The translations under genes were made by a program, and so were the position numbers. From an uncultured bacterium (GTDB lineage: Bacteria > Bdellovibrionota_B > Oligoflexia > CAYFLR01): 62,094 nucleotides of DNA. The notes beneath the pieces were generated by a model, which saw only the letters and a program-made list of their open reading frames with translations, made no database searches and was not told the DNA's origin. Shown piece after piece: positions 1 through 9,819 of this stretch. The DNA lies in assembly GCA_964544765.1 (NCBI GenBank), contig CAZJDM010000003.1, positions 1 to 62,094 on the forward strand, written 5' to 3'. Each line of letters begins with the position of its first letter. The first letter of the stretch is position 1.

Positions 1-57
1 AAGAACGAAGATTCATTGAATCAATTCTACCCATCTCTCATTGGAAAGTTGAACTGT

Positions 58-2856
58 TTAAAAGACTCCTCCCATTGAAAATTGAGGACTCCATAACCAT
101 TCTCCATCGGGTAAAAAATAAAACCCCATTCCAATCATAAAAGGAAATTTTATTCGAAAGAGGTTGATATTAGAGGTTATTTCAATTCCTGAAGATTGAT
201 AAGTTTTTTGATGATGAGGCTCCAGACTCTGTCCATAATCAATGAATAAATTAGTATTAATTCGTTTAAAATAGATATACGAAAAGAAATTATAGTCCGG
301 GTAAAATACAGGAAATAAATAATTAAAAGAAGTCCCAATAAGTTCTTTATGGGGTTTAACTCCGTAGCCGCGAATATATCCAGTGTCATTTTCAAATAAA
401 TAAAACTCATCAATTTGTTGATAAAAGAAATCTAGATCAAAAGAAAAGCTGTGAAATCTGGTCAAGCCGGGAAATAAGAAGGTGCTGTCAATAGTAAAAA
501 GGCTTCCCGAGTTGTCACCTCCTAGAGGGGTATGGTGATAACGTAAATGTATTGTCTGCCCCCATGGAGGTTTTAGATCTAAAAGACTGGGTTTATGCAT
601 TCTACCTAAAGCTAAACCATAATTGATCGCGTGTAAGGAACCGTTTAGTTCTGAATATGATTCGTCCCAAAAATCTTTATTAGAGATTTGTCCATGAGTG
701 AAGGAGGTTGTTAGGTCAATAGTTTTTAAATATCCACCAGTGATGCTCTTAAAAAGTGGTATAAGAACACCCCAATTTATTTTGTTTTCGGTCCATATGT
801 GTTCGTTATTATATTCATCTACAAACCTTCTCTCACCAAGATTTCCAGATATGGTTAAAATGGGGTAAAATCCCTTATAACTTGTATCAATTGTTGTTCG
901 ATTGGTTTTGTAATCTAAATCATATTCGTAACTTAATATCAAATTTGTTGTATCCAGGACATCTTTGGATTGAATACCAAAATTAAGAGTATTACCAAGG
1001 AGAGTCATGATAGGATCAATTCCCCAACTGTGGATATTGATAATATTTTTATGAACACTATATTCTTGGGAAGGGTACTTATTAACAGTAATGTTTTGAA
1101 AAATATTTAGGTCGTTACTTTTAAGGGCTTTCTTATTGGTCGTTGGGGTAGTAGAGGTAGTAGGGGGGGTAGCTGGAGAGTAATTAATCTTTCTGATTTC
1201 AACCTGTTCAAGGGGAATCCAGCTTGGAGGGTTAAAAGGCATCTTTGCAATAACTCGACCATTAGGAGTATAATCACTAAAAATTATAGTTTGACCATCT
1301 TCAGATACCGCAGCGTCAAAAGCGCCTAATTTGCGAGAAGTTACTTGGTAAACAGATTGGTCGTTCAAATTATAAGCGTAAATATTATCGATACCCGAAT
1401 ATGAATAATTGAAAAATATGTAGGAGCCATAGCAAAAGGGCGAGGAAATAGTATCAAAACTGTAAGGAAGAAGGTTTTGGTGCTGCCCCGTTTTGAGATC
1501 AACTATGGCAAGAGTTTGTCCGTTAAGAGGATGCACCTTAACTACTACAATCTTTTTATTATTTTTTAACCATTTAGGGGTTATCAAGAATTCATTTTCC
1601 GGATTGGACAGTCTTTTTATTTCTTCACCAGTCTTAGCATCTAGTAAAACCAAGCGATATTGGCTGTCTTCAGAGACATGAACTACGATAATTGTTTTAC
1701 CATCAGGTGAAAGTGCTGGAGCAAAAAACCGTTTTTTATGGGCCAATGAAGTTATTTTTTTGCTATTGATATTTAAAATTCTAATTTCCGTGTTGCTAAC
1801 ATGTTCCCAACGTGGATCGGTAATATATTCGTTCCATAAAACTTTATCCTTATTGACTGAAAATTCTTTGGGACCAATATTGGGATAAGCAATAGTTTCT
1901 TCTTGTCCTTGAGAATCTACAATAACTAGGGAAGTAATATCACCATAACCACTTTTAAAAGCGACAACTTTGTTTTGATCAATAAAGTGAGGTTTATAAT
2001 AGTTAGTGTAGATAGGATCATTTGATTGACTAATAACAGTGGCAGGTGTAAGTTTTAAGCCATCTATTTGTTTGATCCATATGCTCCATAAGTCATCAAT
2101 GGTATCTTTATAAATTTTATCAATGTCCTTTTTAGTAATGTCTTCTAAAGTGTAGCCATCCCAAACATAGTTCCATTTATTGTTCCCATATTTACGTTTA
2201 ATATGAGTAATTAGTAGATAGCCAAGTGCATAAACACTAATATTAGGGTCATGATAACCTAAATAGGCGTTGTCATAAGAGATATCTTTTCCTGCCAATA
2301 CATTGGCTCTTATAGGTAAGATAAATTCTGGGATCCTACCTCGACCACCCTTTGTTAGATAGGTTTCCGCGTCTACCGCGTCTCCTTCTAAATACCAGTC
2401 AGGAGTAAAAATTTTAATAAATATTGATACTCCTAACTCCCCAAATAGGTAATAGATAATTTTATAATAATCTGACTGAAGTTTATCAAATTGTACTATA
2501 TGCCTAAACTCGTGAATAGCGGTTCCATTTATCCACTCATTGGTAAAATCCCATGACTGGGGTGGAGTGGTAATAAAATGGGCTGATTTAGGCGTTAAAT
2601 GGACAAAGGCATTAGATTCTATTGTTTTGTTATGCAATACGATAGCTATTTTAGCTGGCGTATAATTTAATGCTTTGGATGTTGGATGATAAATATGTTC
2701 AAGGAGGTTAGCGGTTCTTTGAGCTAGTTTTTCAAGTTCAAATGGATAGATAATTTGGAAATGAGGAGTATTTATTTGGTGCCAGGAAGTTGCTAGTGGA
2801 TAGGCTTTTAAATGTAACGATAAGCATAGGAATATAAATATATTGATAGTTTTCAA
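58..2856 (-). CDS. Large secreted/outer-membrane mosaic protein: MA-clan (HExxH) peptidase-like N-domain, TolB/WD40-like beta-propeller middle, beta-barrel-like C-terminus
   Basis: 932-aa ORF with an N-terminal signal peptide (MKTINIFIFLCLSLHLKA). 'AIHEFRH ... WYLEGDA' resembles the HExxH...xEGxA of M1/MA zinc peptidases. 'SPDGKTI' and 'SEDGQTI' strands are typical of TolB-like propellers. The C-terminus alternates hydrophobic residues and ends in Phe (FSMGGVF), as OMP barrels do. Confidence 0.55.
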   Translation of the reverse strand: MKTINIFIFLCLSLHLKAYPLATSWHQINTPHFQIIYPFELEKLAQRTANLLEHIYHPTSKALNYTPAKIAIVLHNKTIESNAFVHLTPKSAHFITTPPQSWDFTNEWINGTAIHEFRHIVQFDKLQSDYYKIIYYLFGELGVSIFIKIFTPDWYLEGDAVDAETYLTKGGRGRIPEFILPIRANVLAGKDISYDNAYLGYHDPNISVYALGYLLITHIKRKYGNNKWNYVWDGYTLEDITKKDIDKIYKDTIDDLWSIWIKQIDGLKLTPATVISQSNDPIYTNYYKPHFIDQNKVVAFKSGYGDITSLVIVDSQGQEETIAYPNIGPKEFSVNKDKVLWNEYITDPRWEHVSNTEIRILNINSKKITSLAHKKRFFAPALSPDGKTIIVVHVSEDSQYRLVLLDAKTGEEIKRLSNPENEFLITPKWLKNNKKIVVVKVHPLNGQTLAIVDLKTGQHQNLLPYSFDTISSPFCYGSYIFFNYSYSGIDNIYAYNLNDQSVYQVTSRKLGAFDAAVSEDGQTIIFSDYTPNGRVIAKMPFNPPSWIPLEQVEIRKINYSPATPPTTSTTPTTNKKALKSNDLNIFQNITVNKYPSQEYSVHKNIINIHSWGIDPIMTLLGNTLNFGIQSKDVLDTTNLILSYEYDLDYKTNRTTIDTSYKGFYPILTISGNLGERRFVDEYNNEHIWTENKINWGVLIPLFKSITGGYLKTIDLTTSFTHGQISNKDFWDESYSELNGSLHAINYGLALGRMHKPSLLDLKPPWGQTIHLRYHHTPLGGDNSGSLFTIDSTFLFPGLTRFHSFSFDLDFFYQQIDEFYLFENDTGYIRGYGVKPHKELIGTSFNYLFPVFYPDYNFFSYIYFKRINTNLFIDYGQSLEPHHQKTYQSSGIEITSNINLFRIKFPFMIGMGFYFLPDGEWLWSPQFSMGGVF

Positions 2857-2872
2857 GGTTTAAAGTCCTTTT

Positions 2873-3136
2873 TTAACCCGCACGTTTTTTAACTTCCTGA
2901 TTCCTCTCTTTTTGGGCTCGTTTTTCTTCTTCTTTACGACGCTTAATTAATTCCTTTTCTCTTTTAATAGCACGAATTTTAGCTTGTTTTCTTTTTTTGA
3001 TTCTACGGTTGTTCAACATTTCAGTTTTATTTAAACCACACCAACCAGTTCTAGATCCCAGGTATAAAGTTAAAATAGCACTAATTAATGTTAGAACAAT
3101 AATGGGAAATAATACTGCCAGTTGATTGTATTGCAT
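2873..3136 (-). CDS. Small single-pass membrane protein with highly charged K/R/E-rich tail
   Basis: 87-aa ORF sitting 16 nt upstream of the previous gene on the same strand. It has an N-terminal TM helix (LAVLFPIIVLTLISAILTLYL) followed by RRIKKRKQAKIRAIKREKELIKRRKEEEKRAQKERNQEVKKR. Confidence 0.5.
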   Translation of the reverse strand: MQYNQLAVLFPIIVLTLISAILTLYLGSRTGWCGLNKTEMLNNRRIKKRKQAKIRAIKREKELIKRRKEEEKRAQKERNQEVKKRAG

Positions 3137-3161
3137 GTGGTACCTCTTTATTCTAGCATAA

Positions 3162-5822
3162 TTATTTTACAATTCGTTTATAAAATAAATCAATATCTAC
3201 ATTATTGCTTTCTGGATAAGATTCTTGCATTGAGTCGATAATATCTTCTCTATATTTTTTATCTATTTCATATGTATGTTCCAATGAAATGTGATCAGAA
3301 ATAATATGGTTCCCAAATCGTTGTCTTTGATTTCTATTTTTACTATGACCAGCTTTCTTTATGTACTGTTTCATTTCTTGTGCCAGTTTTTCAAATCTAT
3401 TTTGAAGGTGGTCGATTTTGTTTTTGGTCCTCTCAATATGATAGTGAGCTTGTTTAAATGATTTCTGATCAATTGATTGATGGACCTTTTTTATTTCTTG
3501 ACTGATTGATTTAGATCCATCTTTGAGACTATCTGTATTTAATAAAGTACCATCAAGACCAGAAAGATATTTGTTCATGGCCTTAAGGGTTGATTCAACT
3601 TTTTTTTGTTTTTGACTCAGCTTTTGATATAGGGCCTCTTCTTGGGAAGAAGGAAATTGTCCGGGAAACTGACCTGATGGTTGGCCTGATGGTTGGCCTG
3701 GGGATTGATTGTGTTGTGATTGTTTATAGATTTGATTTTGTCGTTTTTGAGCTGAGTTTAATTGTTTCATCGCCATTTGGTATTGGTTCATGAGATCATT
3801 ATATTTTTGCTGATTATGTTGTCTAGTAGCAGAACTCATATCATTTATCGTTTTGGAATATTCTTCCATTAAGTGACTTAATTGTTTTTCTATATCTTCT
3901 ATTTCAAGAGAGTCTAGCGAATTCCCTATTTTATCAAGTGTTTCAGTTAGGTTGTTTTTTCTTAGTCTTTCTATGGCTTCTTTATTGATATTGCCTATTG
4001 ACATTTCTCGATATTTATTTCCCATAGCCAGATGCATTTCTTGTAGATACGTTTTTACTTCTTGCAGTGCTCTTTCAATTTTTTTCTTTAATTGTTCACT
4101 AGGATTACGTTTATAGTCTTGCAAAAGCTTTTCCAATCTTTGAAAAGCGGCAAAAAAATCTTCGGATCGATGGATGATGTTAGAGATTTCCTGATTCTGA
4201 ACAATATCATGAATCAAATAAATCAGGTTTTCATGAATAGGTATACCGGGCGTAAAAGCAATATCTTTTTCAAAGGCAATATCTTTATGTCTTTGTACTT
4301 GTCTTAGTAGTTTATAATAAAAACGTTTAAACTTTGAGCTTTCAATATTTAGACGTCTCATTAAGAAAGTATCCCCTAAAGGATTGGTTAATAAATTGTA
4401 ATTCAATTTATCAATTTTTTTAACAATATCTTTGGTATTATCTATTATTTGCTTGGGACTCAGGACTTTTATTTTAACGGTTAAATAGTCCGCTAAATTG
4501 TTTATTAAGGAAATTTTCAAATTTCTAAGATCAACTAGGTTATCCAAGTGTTTGTCATAGGCTCCTTGGATGGTAATAGTCTCTATATGAGATTGGCCAA
4601 TATTGGGTCCACTTATTCGATCGTTGTCCTTGGCCTCGATCCAGAATGATATTTGATCTTCAGATTGCAAAGGAATAACAAATAAGTTCCATTTATATTT
4701 CTCATGATAGGTTTTACGTTGACTCGATGAAAATTTTCTTATGGTTTCTCGTCTGGGCGAGCTATTGTTTATCTTATATACAACTTCTAGCTGTTGAAGG
4801 CCGAAGTCGTCAGTTGCATTAGTTTCTAGGGCAACTATATCTCTGTCGGAATAATCTTTCTTGGGATTTAAAATAGTCATATTTACTGAGGGATTTTGAT
4901 CTGGAATTAATGTTACTGGGTAAAACTGTTTACTCTTTCCTATTAATTTTGTTTCATCGAATTTTGCAAAGATTATTTTCCCAGGTTGAAGTATTAAAAA
5001 GTTGGTTTTCCATAATACATTACCTTCAGAGTCTTCTTTTAGGTAAAACCCATAAGACATCTCTTTTTTTGATTCTCTTTGATACTGGATAACAAATTTA
5101 TCCATTTCGGATTTAAGTAGATTAGTTGGTTCAACGGATATCAGCAGTCTAGATCCAGCGTGTACTTTTAATTCAAAAGTAGGATCATTAAAATCGTCAA
5201 CAACATAGGGTTCGAGGCGTGTATGTAAGGGGGGGGTTATTTGAATATTCTTTATATCAACATCGATAGTGGCAGTGTATAGAGGTAGATTAATTTCTTG
5301 GATACTTTTTAATGACTCATGGTAAGTGTTTTTAAAAGTATCAGGAAATATTAGGACTAATGGAATTCCTATGAGAACTACTAAAATAAGCTGATAATAA
5401 TAGTTTTTAATATTTATGAAGGATTTAATAGATGGTATTTGTAGGTTGTTAGCTAAGCTTTTGAAATTTTTTATGATCTGTTTGATAAAATAAGAAGAGG
5501 ACCTTGTCTTGGCATGATTCCAAAGGGTCCAGGCGACCCCCCTTAAGTTGGGATTTAAATCTTCTAACTTATTTAACAAAACCTCTGGATTACTTATTTG
5601 ATGTTTAATAGGCTGGAGAACTATGGTGTGTAATATAACGATGAGGGTAAAACAAGTTATCAATAACACATGGGGGTGGGAACCAAAAATTTGAGTAATA
5701 AAGGGAAATAGAAGTAAAAAGACCATGATCCAAAGGAAATAATGAGCTAGACAAATAAGGCCATATTCTCTTAAGAGCTTTTTTTTCAGCTTAAGGATGA
5801 AGATGAAAATATTAGTTGCCAA
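3162..5822 (-). CDS. Large multi-pass membrane protein with long Q/K-rich coiled-coil C-terminal half; function unknown
   Basis: 886-aa ORF, apparently with a TTG start 8 nt after the upstream stop. It has several N-terminal hydrophobic helices and a C-terminal heptad-like Q/K/E-rich region. A PGQPSGQPSGQFPGQFP micro-repeat lies at about nt 3650-3710. Confidence 0.6.
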   Translation of the reverse strand: MATNIFIFILKLKKKLLREYGLICLAHYFLWIMVFLLLFPFITQIFGSHPHVLLITCFTLIVILHTIVLQPIKHQISNPEVLLNKLEDLNPNLRGVAWTLWNHAKTRSSSYFIKQIIKNFKSLANNLQIPSIKSFINIKNYYYQLILVVLIGIPLVLIFPDTFKNTYHESLKSIQEINLPLYTATIDVDIKNIQITPPLHTRLEPYVVDDFNDPTFELKVHAGSRLLISVEPTNLLKSEMDKFVIQYQRESKKEMSYGFYLKEDSEGNVLWKTNFLILQPGKIIFAKFDETKLIGKSKQFYPVTLIPDQNPSVNMTILNPKKDYSDRDIVALETNATDDFGLQQLEVVYKINNSSPRRETIRKFSSSQRKTYHEKYKWNLFVIPLQSEDQISFWIEAKDNDRISGPNIGQSHIETITIQGAYDKHLDNLVDLRNLKISLINNLADYLTVKIKVLSPKQIIDNTKDIVKKIDKLNYNLLTNPLGDTFLMRRLNIESSKFKRFYYKLLRQVQRHKDIAFEKDIAFTPGIPIHENLIYLIHDIVQNQEISNIIHRSEDFFAAFQRLEKLLQDYKRNPSEQLKKKIERALQEVKTYLQEMHLAMGNKYREMSIGNINKEAIERLRKNNLTETLDKIGNSLDSLEIEDIEKQLSHLMEEYSKTINDMSSATRQHNQQKYNDLMNQYQMAMKQLNSAQKRQNQIYKQSQHNQSPGQPSGQPSGQFPGQFPSSQEEALYQKLSQKQKKVESTLKAMNKYLSGLDGTLLNTDSLKDGSKSISQEIKKVHQSIDQKSFKQAHYHIERTKNKIDHLQNRFEKLAQEMKQYIKKAGHSKNRNQRQRFGNHIISDHISLEHTYEIDKKYREDIIDSMQESYPESNNVDIDLFYKRIVK

Positions 5823-5830
5823 CTGAGCCT

Positions 5831-6691
5831 CTATAATATTTCAATAATGTCCTTAATGACATGTGAACGTTCTTTTTCGTTTATTATTTCATGATACAAT
5901 TTAGGGTATTCCGTATAACTTTTTTCCTGATTATTAACATAGGCATAAAACAATTTGCTTTTGCTTATTGAAACTAGAGGATCGTGTCCAGCTTGAAATA
6001 TGTGAGTTGGGACCGTTATTTTTTCAGCTAAAGCTAGAGAATCTTTTACCGCGAGATGAAATTCATATAGGAACTTGGCTGTTAACTGTTTTTGTCTTAA
6101 AGGATCATTGGCGATATGATCTAACATTTTTTTGTCATGGGTAAGGTGTTTGATGTTTATAATATTTTTGAAATAAAAATTGGGAAAAAAAGAAGAAAAA
6201 ATTTCTAAGGGTTTTTCAGCTAGATGGGACCAAGATGCCTTAAAACCTAAGCAAGGAGAAAGTAATACTAATTTGGATACTTTGTTAGCATTATTGGCTG
6301 TGTAGTAGCTGGCAATAAGACCACCCATACTATGACCCAAGAGGATAAGTTGTCGTTTTTTAGAATCTTTTAAAACAAATTTGATGAATTCGTCTAAATC
6401 ATCTACAAAATGAGAAAATTTTTCGATATGAGCTCTTTTTCCTGAAGATTTTCCGTGTCCCTGTAAATCGAAGGCATATACGGTAATTCCTTTTTGACAT
6501 ACTTTTTCAATTAGCTTATTGTAATTCAAGCTGTGTTCAAGGATGCCATGAAGAATAATAAGCACTTGGTTAGCTGTTTGAGAGGAAGAAGTCTCTTGGG
6601 TTTTGTGGTACATCAACCTAGTGTTGGTTTTAGTTGTTTTAAACGAATTGAATTCTTTGTGAACTTTAGTTGAGGGCAATGTTCTCTCCAA
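5831..6691 (-). CDS. Alpha/beta-hydrolase, lysophospholipase / monoacylglycerol-lipase-like
   Basis: 286 aa. 'LIILHGILEHS' matches the HG oxyanion motif and 'GHSMGG' the nucleophile elbow (GxSxG). A late 'YHEI' is consistent with the catalytic His region. The gene starts 2 nt after the upstream gene. Confidence 0.8.
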   Translation of the reverse strand: MERTLPSTKVHKEFNSFKTTKTNTRLMYHKTQETSSSQTANQVLIILHGILEHSLNYNKLIEKVCQKGITVYAFDLQGHGKSSGKRAHIEKFSHFVDDLDEFIKFVLKDSKKRQLILLGHSMGGLIASYYTANNANKVSKLVLLSPCLGFKASWSHLAEKPLEIFSSFFPNFYFKNIINIKHLTHDKKMLDHIANDPLRQKQLTAKFLYEFHLAVKDSLALAEKITVPTHIFQAGHDPLVSISKSKLFYAYVNNQEKSYTEYPKLYHEIINEKERSHVIKDIIEIL

Positions 6692-6693
6692 TT

Positions 6694-7740
6694 TTAAGTA
6701 GCTAGTTTTTTTACCTCTTGAGCTCTCTCTCCAGTGCAGATCAATATGTTGTCTCCTTTTTCCACAATAACTAAATCTTTAACACCTATTAGAGAAATGT
6801 TCTTTTGTGGAGCATGAACCATGTTATCTGAACTGTCAATTTGAACTAGATTCTTACATACGGGATAATTGTCATTTTTTCTTTCCATTATGTCTTTGAC
6901 CGCGGTCCAACTTCCTATATCGTTCCATCCAAATTGCGCTGGGGTACAGCAAACACGATCTGATTTTTCCATTACCGCATAGTCGATTGATATGGATTCA
7001 CATTTATCAAAGTGTTCTTCTAAAAAGGATTGCTCTTGTGTGTTGGGAATCTCAGCTAATGGTTTTAATAGTTCCATTGTGGAGGTAACATATTTATTTA
7101 GTTCCTCTAATATAATATCAAGGCGCCAAACAAACATACCCGCGTTCCAAAAATAATTTCCTTCTTTTAGATATTGAGCGGCTTTTGTTTCATCGGGTTT
7201 TTCTACAAAGCGCATAACATTATAATGTTGGTTATTGTTTGTTTTGTCGGTCATGTTACATTGTATGTATCCAAAGCCGGTGTGAGGAAAATCGGGTTTT
7301 ATTCCAAGGGTAAAAAGGGTTTTTTCTTCCCAGGCTTTTTGATTAGTGTATTTTAAGATATCTATGAAAGTTTTTTCATCTGAAATAAGGTGGTCCGATG
7401 GAAGTACCGACATGGTAGTGTCTGGTGGATAACGTTTTTGGAATATATAAGAAATTAAAGCAATGCATGGAGCCGTGTTTCTGGAGGCCGGTTCAAAATA
7501 TACATTTTCATCAGGTATATTAGGTAATTGTTGTTTGACCAGATTTTGATAAGCTTTGTTGGTTACAATAAAGATATCTTTTTCATCATAATAAGGCAGC
7601 AGGCGGCCAACCGTTTCTTGGATCAAGGTTTTATCATCGGTTAAAGATATAAATTGTTTGGGTTCTCCGGCTGTGCTTAAGGGCCACAATCGTGTTCCTT
7701 TTCCTCCTGCCATAATAACAACTGCTTTATTCTTTTCCAT
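6694..7740 (-). CDS. Mannose-1-phosphate guanylyltransferase (nucleotidyltransferase domain only, no PMI domain)
   Basis: 348 aa. N-terminal 'VIMAGGKGTRLWPLS' is the sugar-nucleotidyltransferase signature. 'PSDHLI', 'FGYI' and 'WNAGMFVW' are typical of the ManC/CpsB family. Confidence 0.85.
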   Translation of the reverse strand: MEKNKAVVIMAGGKGTRLWPLSTAGEPKQFISLTDDKTLIQETVGRLLPYYDEKDIFIVTNKAYQNLVKQQLPNIPDENVYFEPASRNTAPCIALISYIFQKRYPPDTTMSVLPSDHLISDEKTFIDILKYTNQKAWEEKTLFTLGIKPDFPHTGFGYIQCNMTDKTNNNQHYNVMRFVEKPDETKAAQYLKEGNYFWNAGMFVWRLDIILEELNKYVTSTMELLKPLAEIPNTQEQSFLEEHFDKCESISIDYAVMEKSDRVCCTPAQFGWNDIGSWTAVKDIMERKNDNYPVCKNLVQIDSSDNMVHAPQKNISLIGVKDLVIVEKGDNILICTGERAQEVKKLAT

Positions 7741-7835
7741 TTTGTATATTCTCCTTTTTTACACTTTTTACACTTCAGTTAAGTGTGATATACCTTTCTG
7801 GTTATCGCACCTTAGATTATGTTTAACCTTATATT

Positions 7836-8540
7836 TTATTGGACCATGGGGAGTACTTCAGATTTGACTCCTTCTTTATTTAGTTTAAAAGCAATGTTTA
7901 AAGCTTCTTTTTGGTTATCAAAAAGACCTATTCTTAATAGGTATGCTTTTTTATTATTTAACATAGTATTTAGAAAGTAGGCATTAAATCCTTTTTTCTC
8001 AAGTTCTATAATTTTTTGAGTTATTTCTTCGAGAGAATGATAAATGCCTCCATCGATCGTAAAATTTAAGACATTTCGTTTGTTAGAATGGATACTTAAA
8101 TCGTCTAGATGATCTTCACGAGAAACACCAGTTATAGTTGTAGCTTCAGGATGGTTATTAGGATCTTGAGTTGTATCGGATTCATCAGAATCATCTGATT
8201 CAGTGGAATCTAAAGTGTTTTGCGTATTGTCAGTAATGGTTGGTTCTGATGGATTTTCAGTATGATTAGTATCATCATTATCATCAATATTGCCATTTAT
8301 GCTGGGCTCTGGTTGTGTATTTGATGCTCCAATTAAATCATAGAAAAAACTTTCACTTGTTATCGTCCTATTTTTGGTATTAGTGGTGGTGGCAGTAGGT
8401 TGGGATGATGCTACATTCATAGATGTTTTTTGATTGGTCTCTAAAGATGGAACCAGGTTAATAGTAAGCTTAATCATTATAAGAAAAGATGTGACAAGTA
8501 TAACAGCAAATCCGCAAAACAATAAAGATAATTTGGTCAT
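7836..8540 (-). CDS. Membrane-anchored protein with acidic/Thr-rich linker and C-terminal SPOR-like domain
   Basis: 234 aa with an N-terminal TM segment (LLFCGFAVILVTSFLIMI) and a low-complexity T/D/N-rich middle. The C-terminal 'AYLLRIGLFDNQKEALNIAFKLNKEGVKSEV' resembles a SPOR peptidoglycan-binding repeat. Confidence 0.55.
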   Translation of the reverse strand: MTKLSLLFCGFAVILVTSFLIMIKLTINLVPSLETNQKTSMNVASSQPTATTTNTKNRTITSESFFYDLIGASNTQPEPSINGNIDDNDDTNHTENPSEPTITDNTQNTLDSTESDDSDESDTTQDPNNHPEATTITGVSREDHLDDLSIHSNKRNVLNFTIDGGIYHSLEEITQKIIELEKKGFNAYFLNTMLNNKKAYLLRIGLFDNQKEALNIAFKLNKEGVKSEVLPMVQ

Positions 8541-8822
8541 GCTTTCCCCTTTGATTTAGTATCAAATATAGACGGGAGATATCAGAAGACTACACTCTCA
8601 TCCCTTTTATCATGCTATCTTAAACTCGACAAAATTTCAATAAAGTAATCATCTTCGGTGTTTGCAAGCACGAATGTTTTTTTTCTTTAGATGGTATCTA
8701 TTTTGCTAGGGTTATTAATTGTTTGATTCTTACAGAAGTGTGATGTGTAAAATTTCGAGTTCGATTAAAGAAGGGAAATCTTGGTTATAAAATAAGGACA
8801 TTTTAAAAAAGGAGAACTTGAC

Positions 8823-9041
8823 TTGAAAAAAGTAAATGGGAAAAGTGGACAAGTTATTTTGGAATATATTTTACTTCTATCTTTGATAACTTTTTCTTCT
8901 ATAGCGTTATTAGGCTTTGTCAAAAAAATAATGAAAAATCAGGTGAGCGTATTGGCTTCTAAATTTACCGAAAATAAAGAATTGGGATCCAATGAGGAAA
9001 TTAAAAGTGCTTATGAAGAGCTATTTGGAGGAAATGATTGA
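8823..9041 (+). CDS. Flp/Fap-type (type IVb, class III signal) pilin-like small protein
   Basis: 72 aa with a TTG start 8 nt after GGAG (8811-8814). 'KSG/QVILEY' followed by a hydrophobic stretch (ILLLSLITFSSIALLGF) fits the Flp prepilin G/XXXXEY processing motif. Confidence 0.5.
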   Translation: MKKVNGKSGQVILEYILLLSLITFSSIALLGFVKKIMKNQVSVLASKFTENKELGSNEEIKSAYEELFGGND

Positions 9042-9301
9042 ACAATCAATTTTACTTACGAAGACGTAGGTCTCATTGGCGGAATAAACAAGGTCTGGCA
9101 ATAATAGATATTTGTCTGACCTTGTTTTTCTTGATGAGTATTTTGCAGTATTTAATCCCACTTTCTTTCAAAATATTGGCTAATTCAGTCGCTATGGAAG
9201 TGAATTACCATTTAAATTCGATAGTAAATGGCTTTCAGTCTGAGCATTTGACCCCACTAGAATTTGAAAAACATCTTGGAAATGAGATAAAAAAAAACTA
9301 A
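9038..9301 (+). CDS. Small membrane protein, possibly TadE/pseudopilin-like
   Basis: 87 aa whose start overlaps the previous stop by 4 nt (ATGA coupling). A basic N-terminus is followed by 'KQG/LAIID' plus a hydrophobic helix, a loose variant of the same processing motif. Confidence 0.35.
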   Translation: MNNQFYLRRRRSHWRNKQGLAIIDICLTLFFLMSILQYLIPLSFKILANSVAMEVNYHLNSIVNGFQSEHLTPLEFEKHLGNEIKKN

Positions 9302-9637
9302 AAAACGGTCTTGTTCAATCATTATTAAAAAAACAAATAATGGCTGTTCAAATCAAATTATGTAAGGAGAATTTATCCTCTTCCAGGCTGATAAAAAGAA
9401 GTAGAGTGGAGATTAGGACAATTGTTTCTGTTTTTAAAAAAAGGTATGCTCAAACTAAAAGGTTATTTATTCTATCTAACTGAGTCAATTATCGTCTGGA
9501 TGAATAGGTAGCTGGTATATTTTATTTTTTTCAAATCCTATCTTAAGACCTGGTTTCATTTTTTACAATTATTTTAATAAATGTTATAATTTTTTTTCCG
9601 AAACATACTATATAGAATAATTTTATTTGAATACTAA

Positions 9638-9777
9638 GTGGTCATTATACCCAGGTTGTATGGGCAGAAAGTAAATCCATCGGATGTGCTATGACAATTT
9701 GTCCAGATAAAGGACAAATTTGGGTTTGTAACTATGATCCAAGGGGAAATATTGTAGGGCGGAAACCGTATTAAATA
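9638..9777 (+). repeat. Left copy of ~140-bp direct repeat (duplicate of the 3' end of the CAP gene)
   Basis: Hand alignment with 11378-11517 gives about 8 mismatches in 140 nt (about 94% identity). Similarity stops abruptly upstream of 9638. Confidence 0.85.
9640..9774 (+). pseudogene. 3' fragment (last 44 codons plus stop) of a CAP/SCP/PR-1 domain gene, lacking start and N-terminal 206 codons
   Basis: Translates to [44 protein letters not shown]. The intact gene at 10762-11514 ends [16 protein letters not shown]...GQKPY*. An in-frame TGA lies at 9628-9630 and there is no start codon between that stop and the fragment. Confidence 0.75.
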
Positions 9778-9819
9778 TGTTCATAATATATTCGGATGAC
9801 GAGTTAAGACTTTTACATT

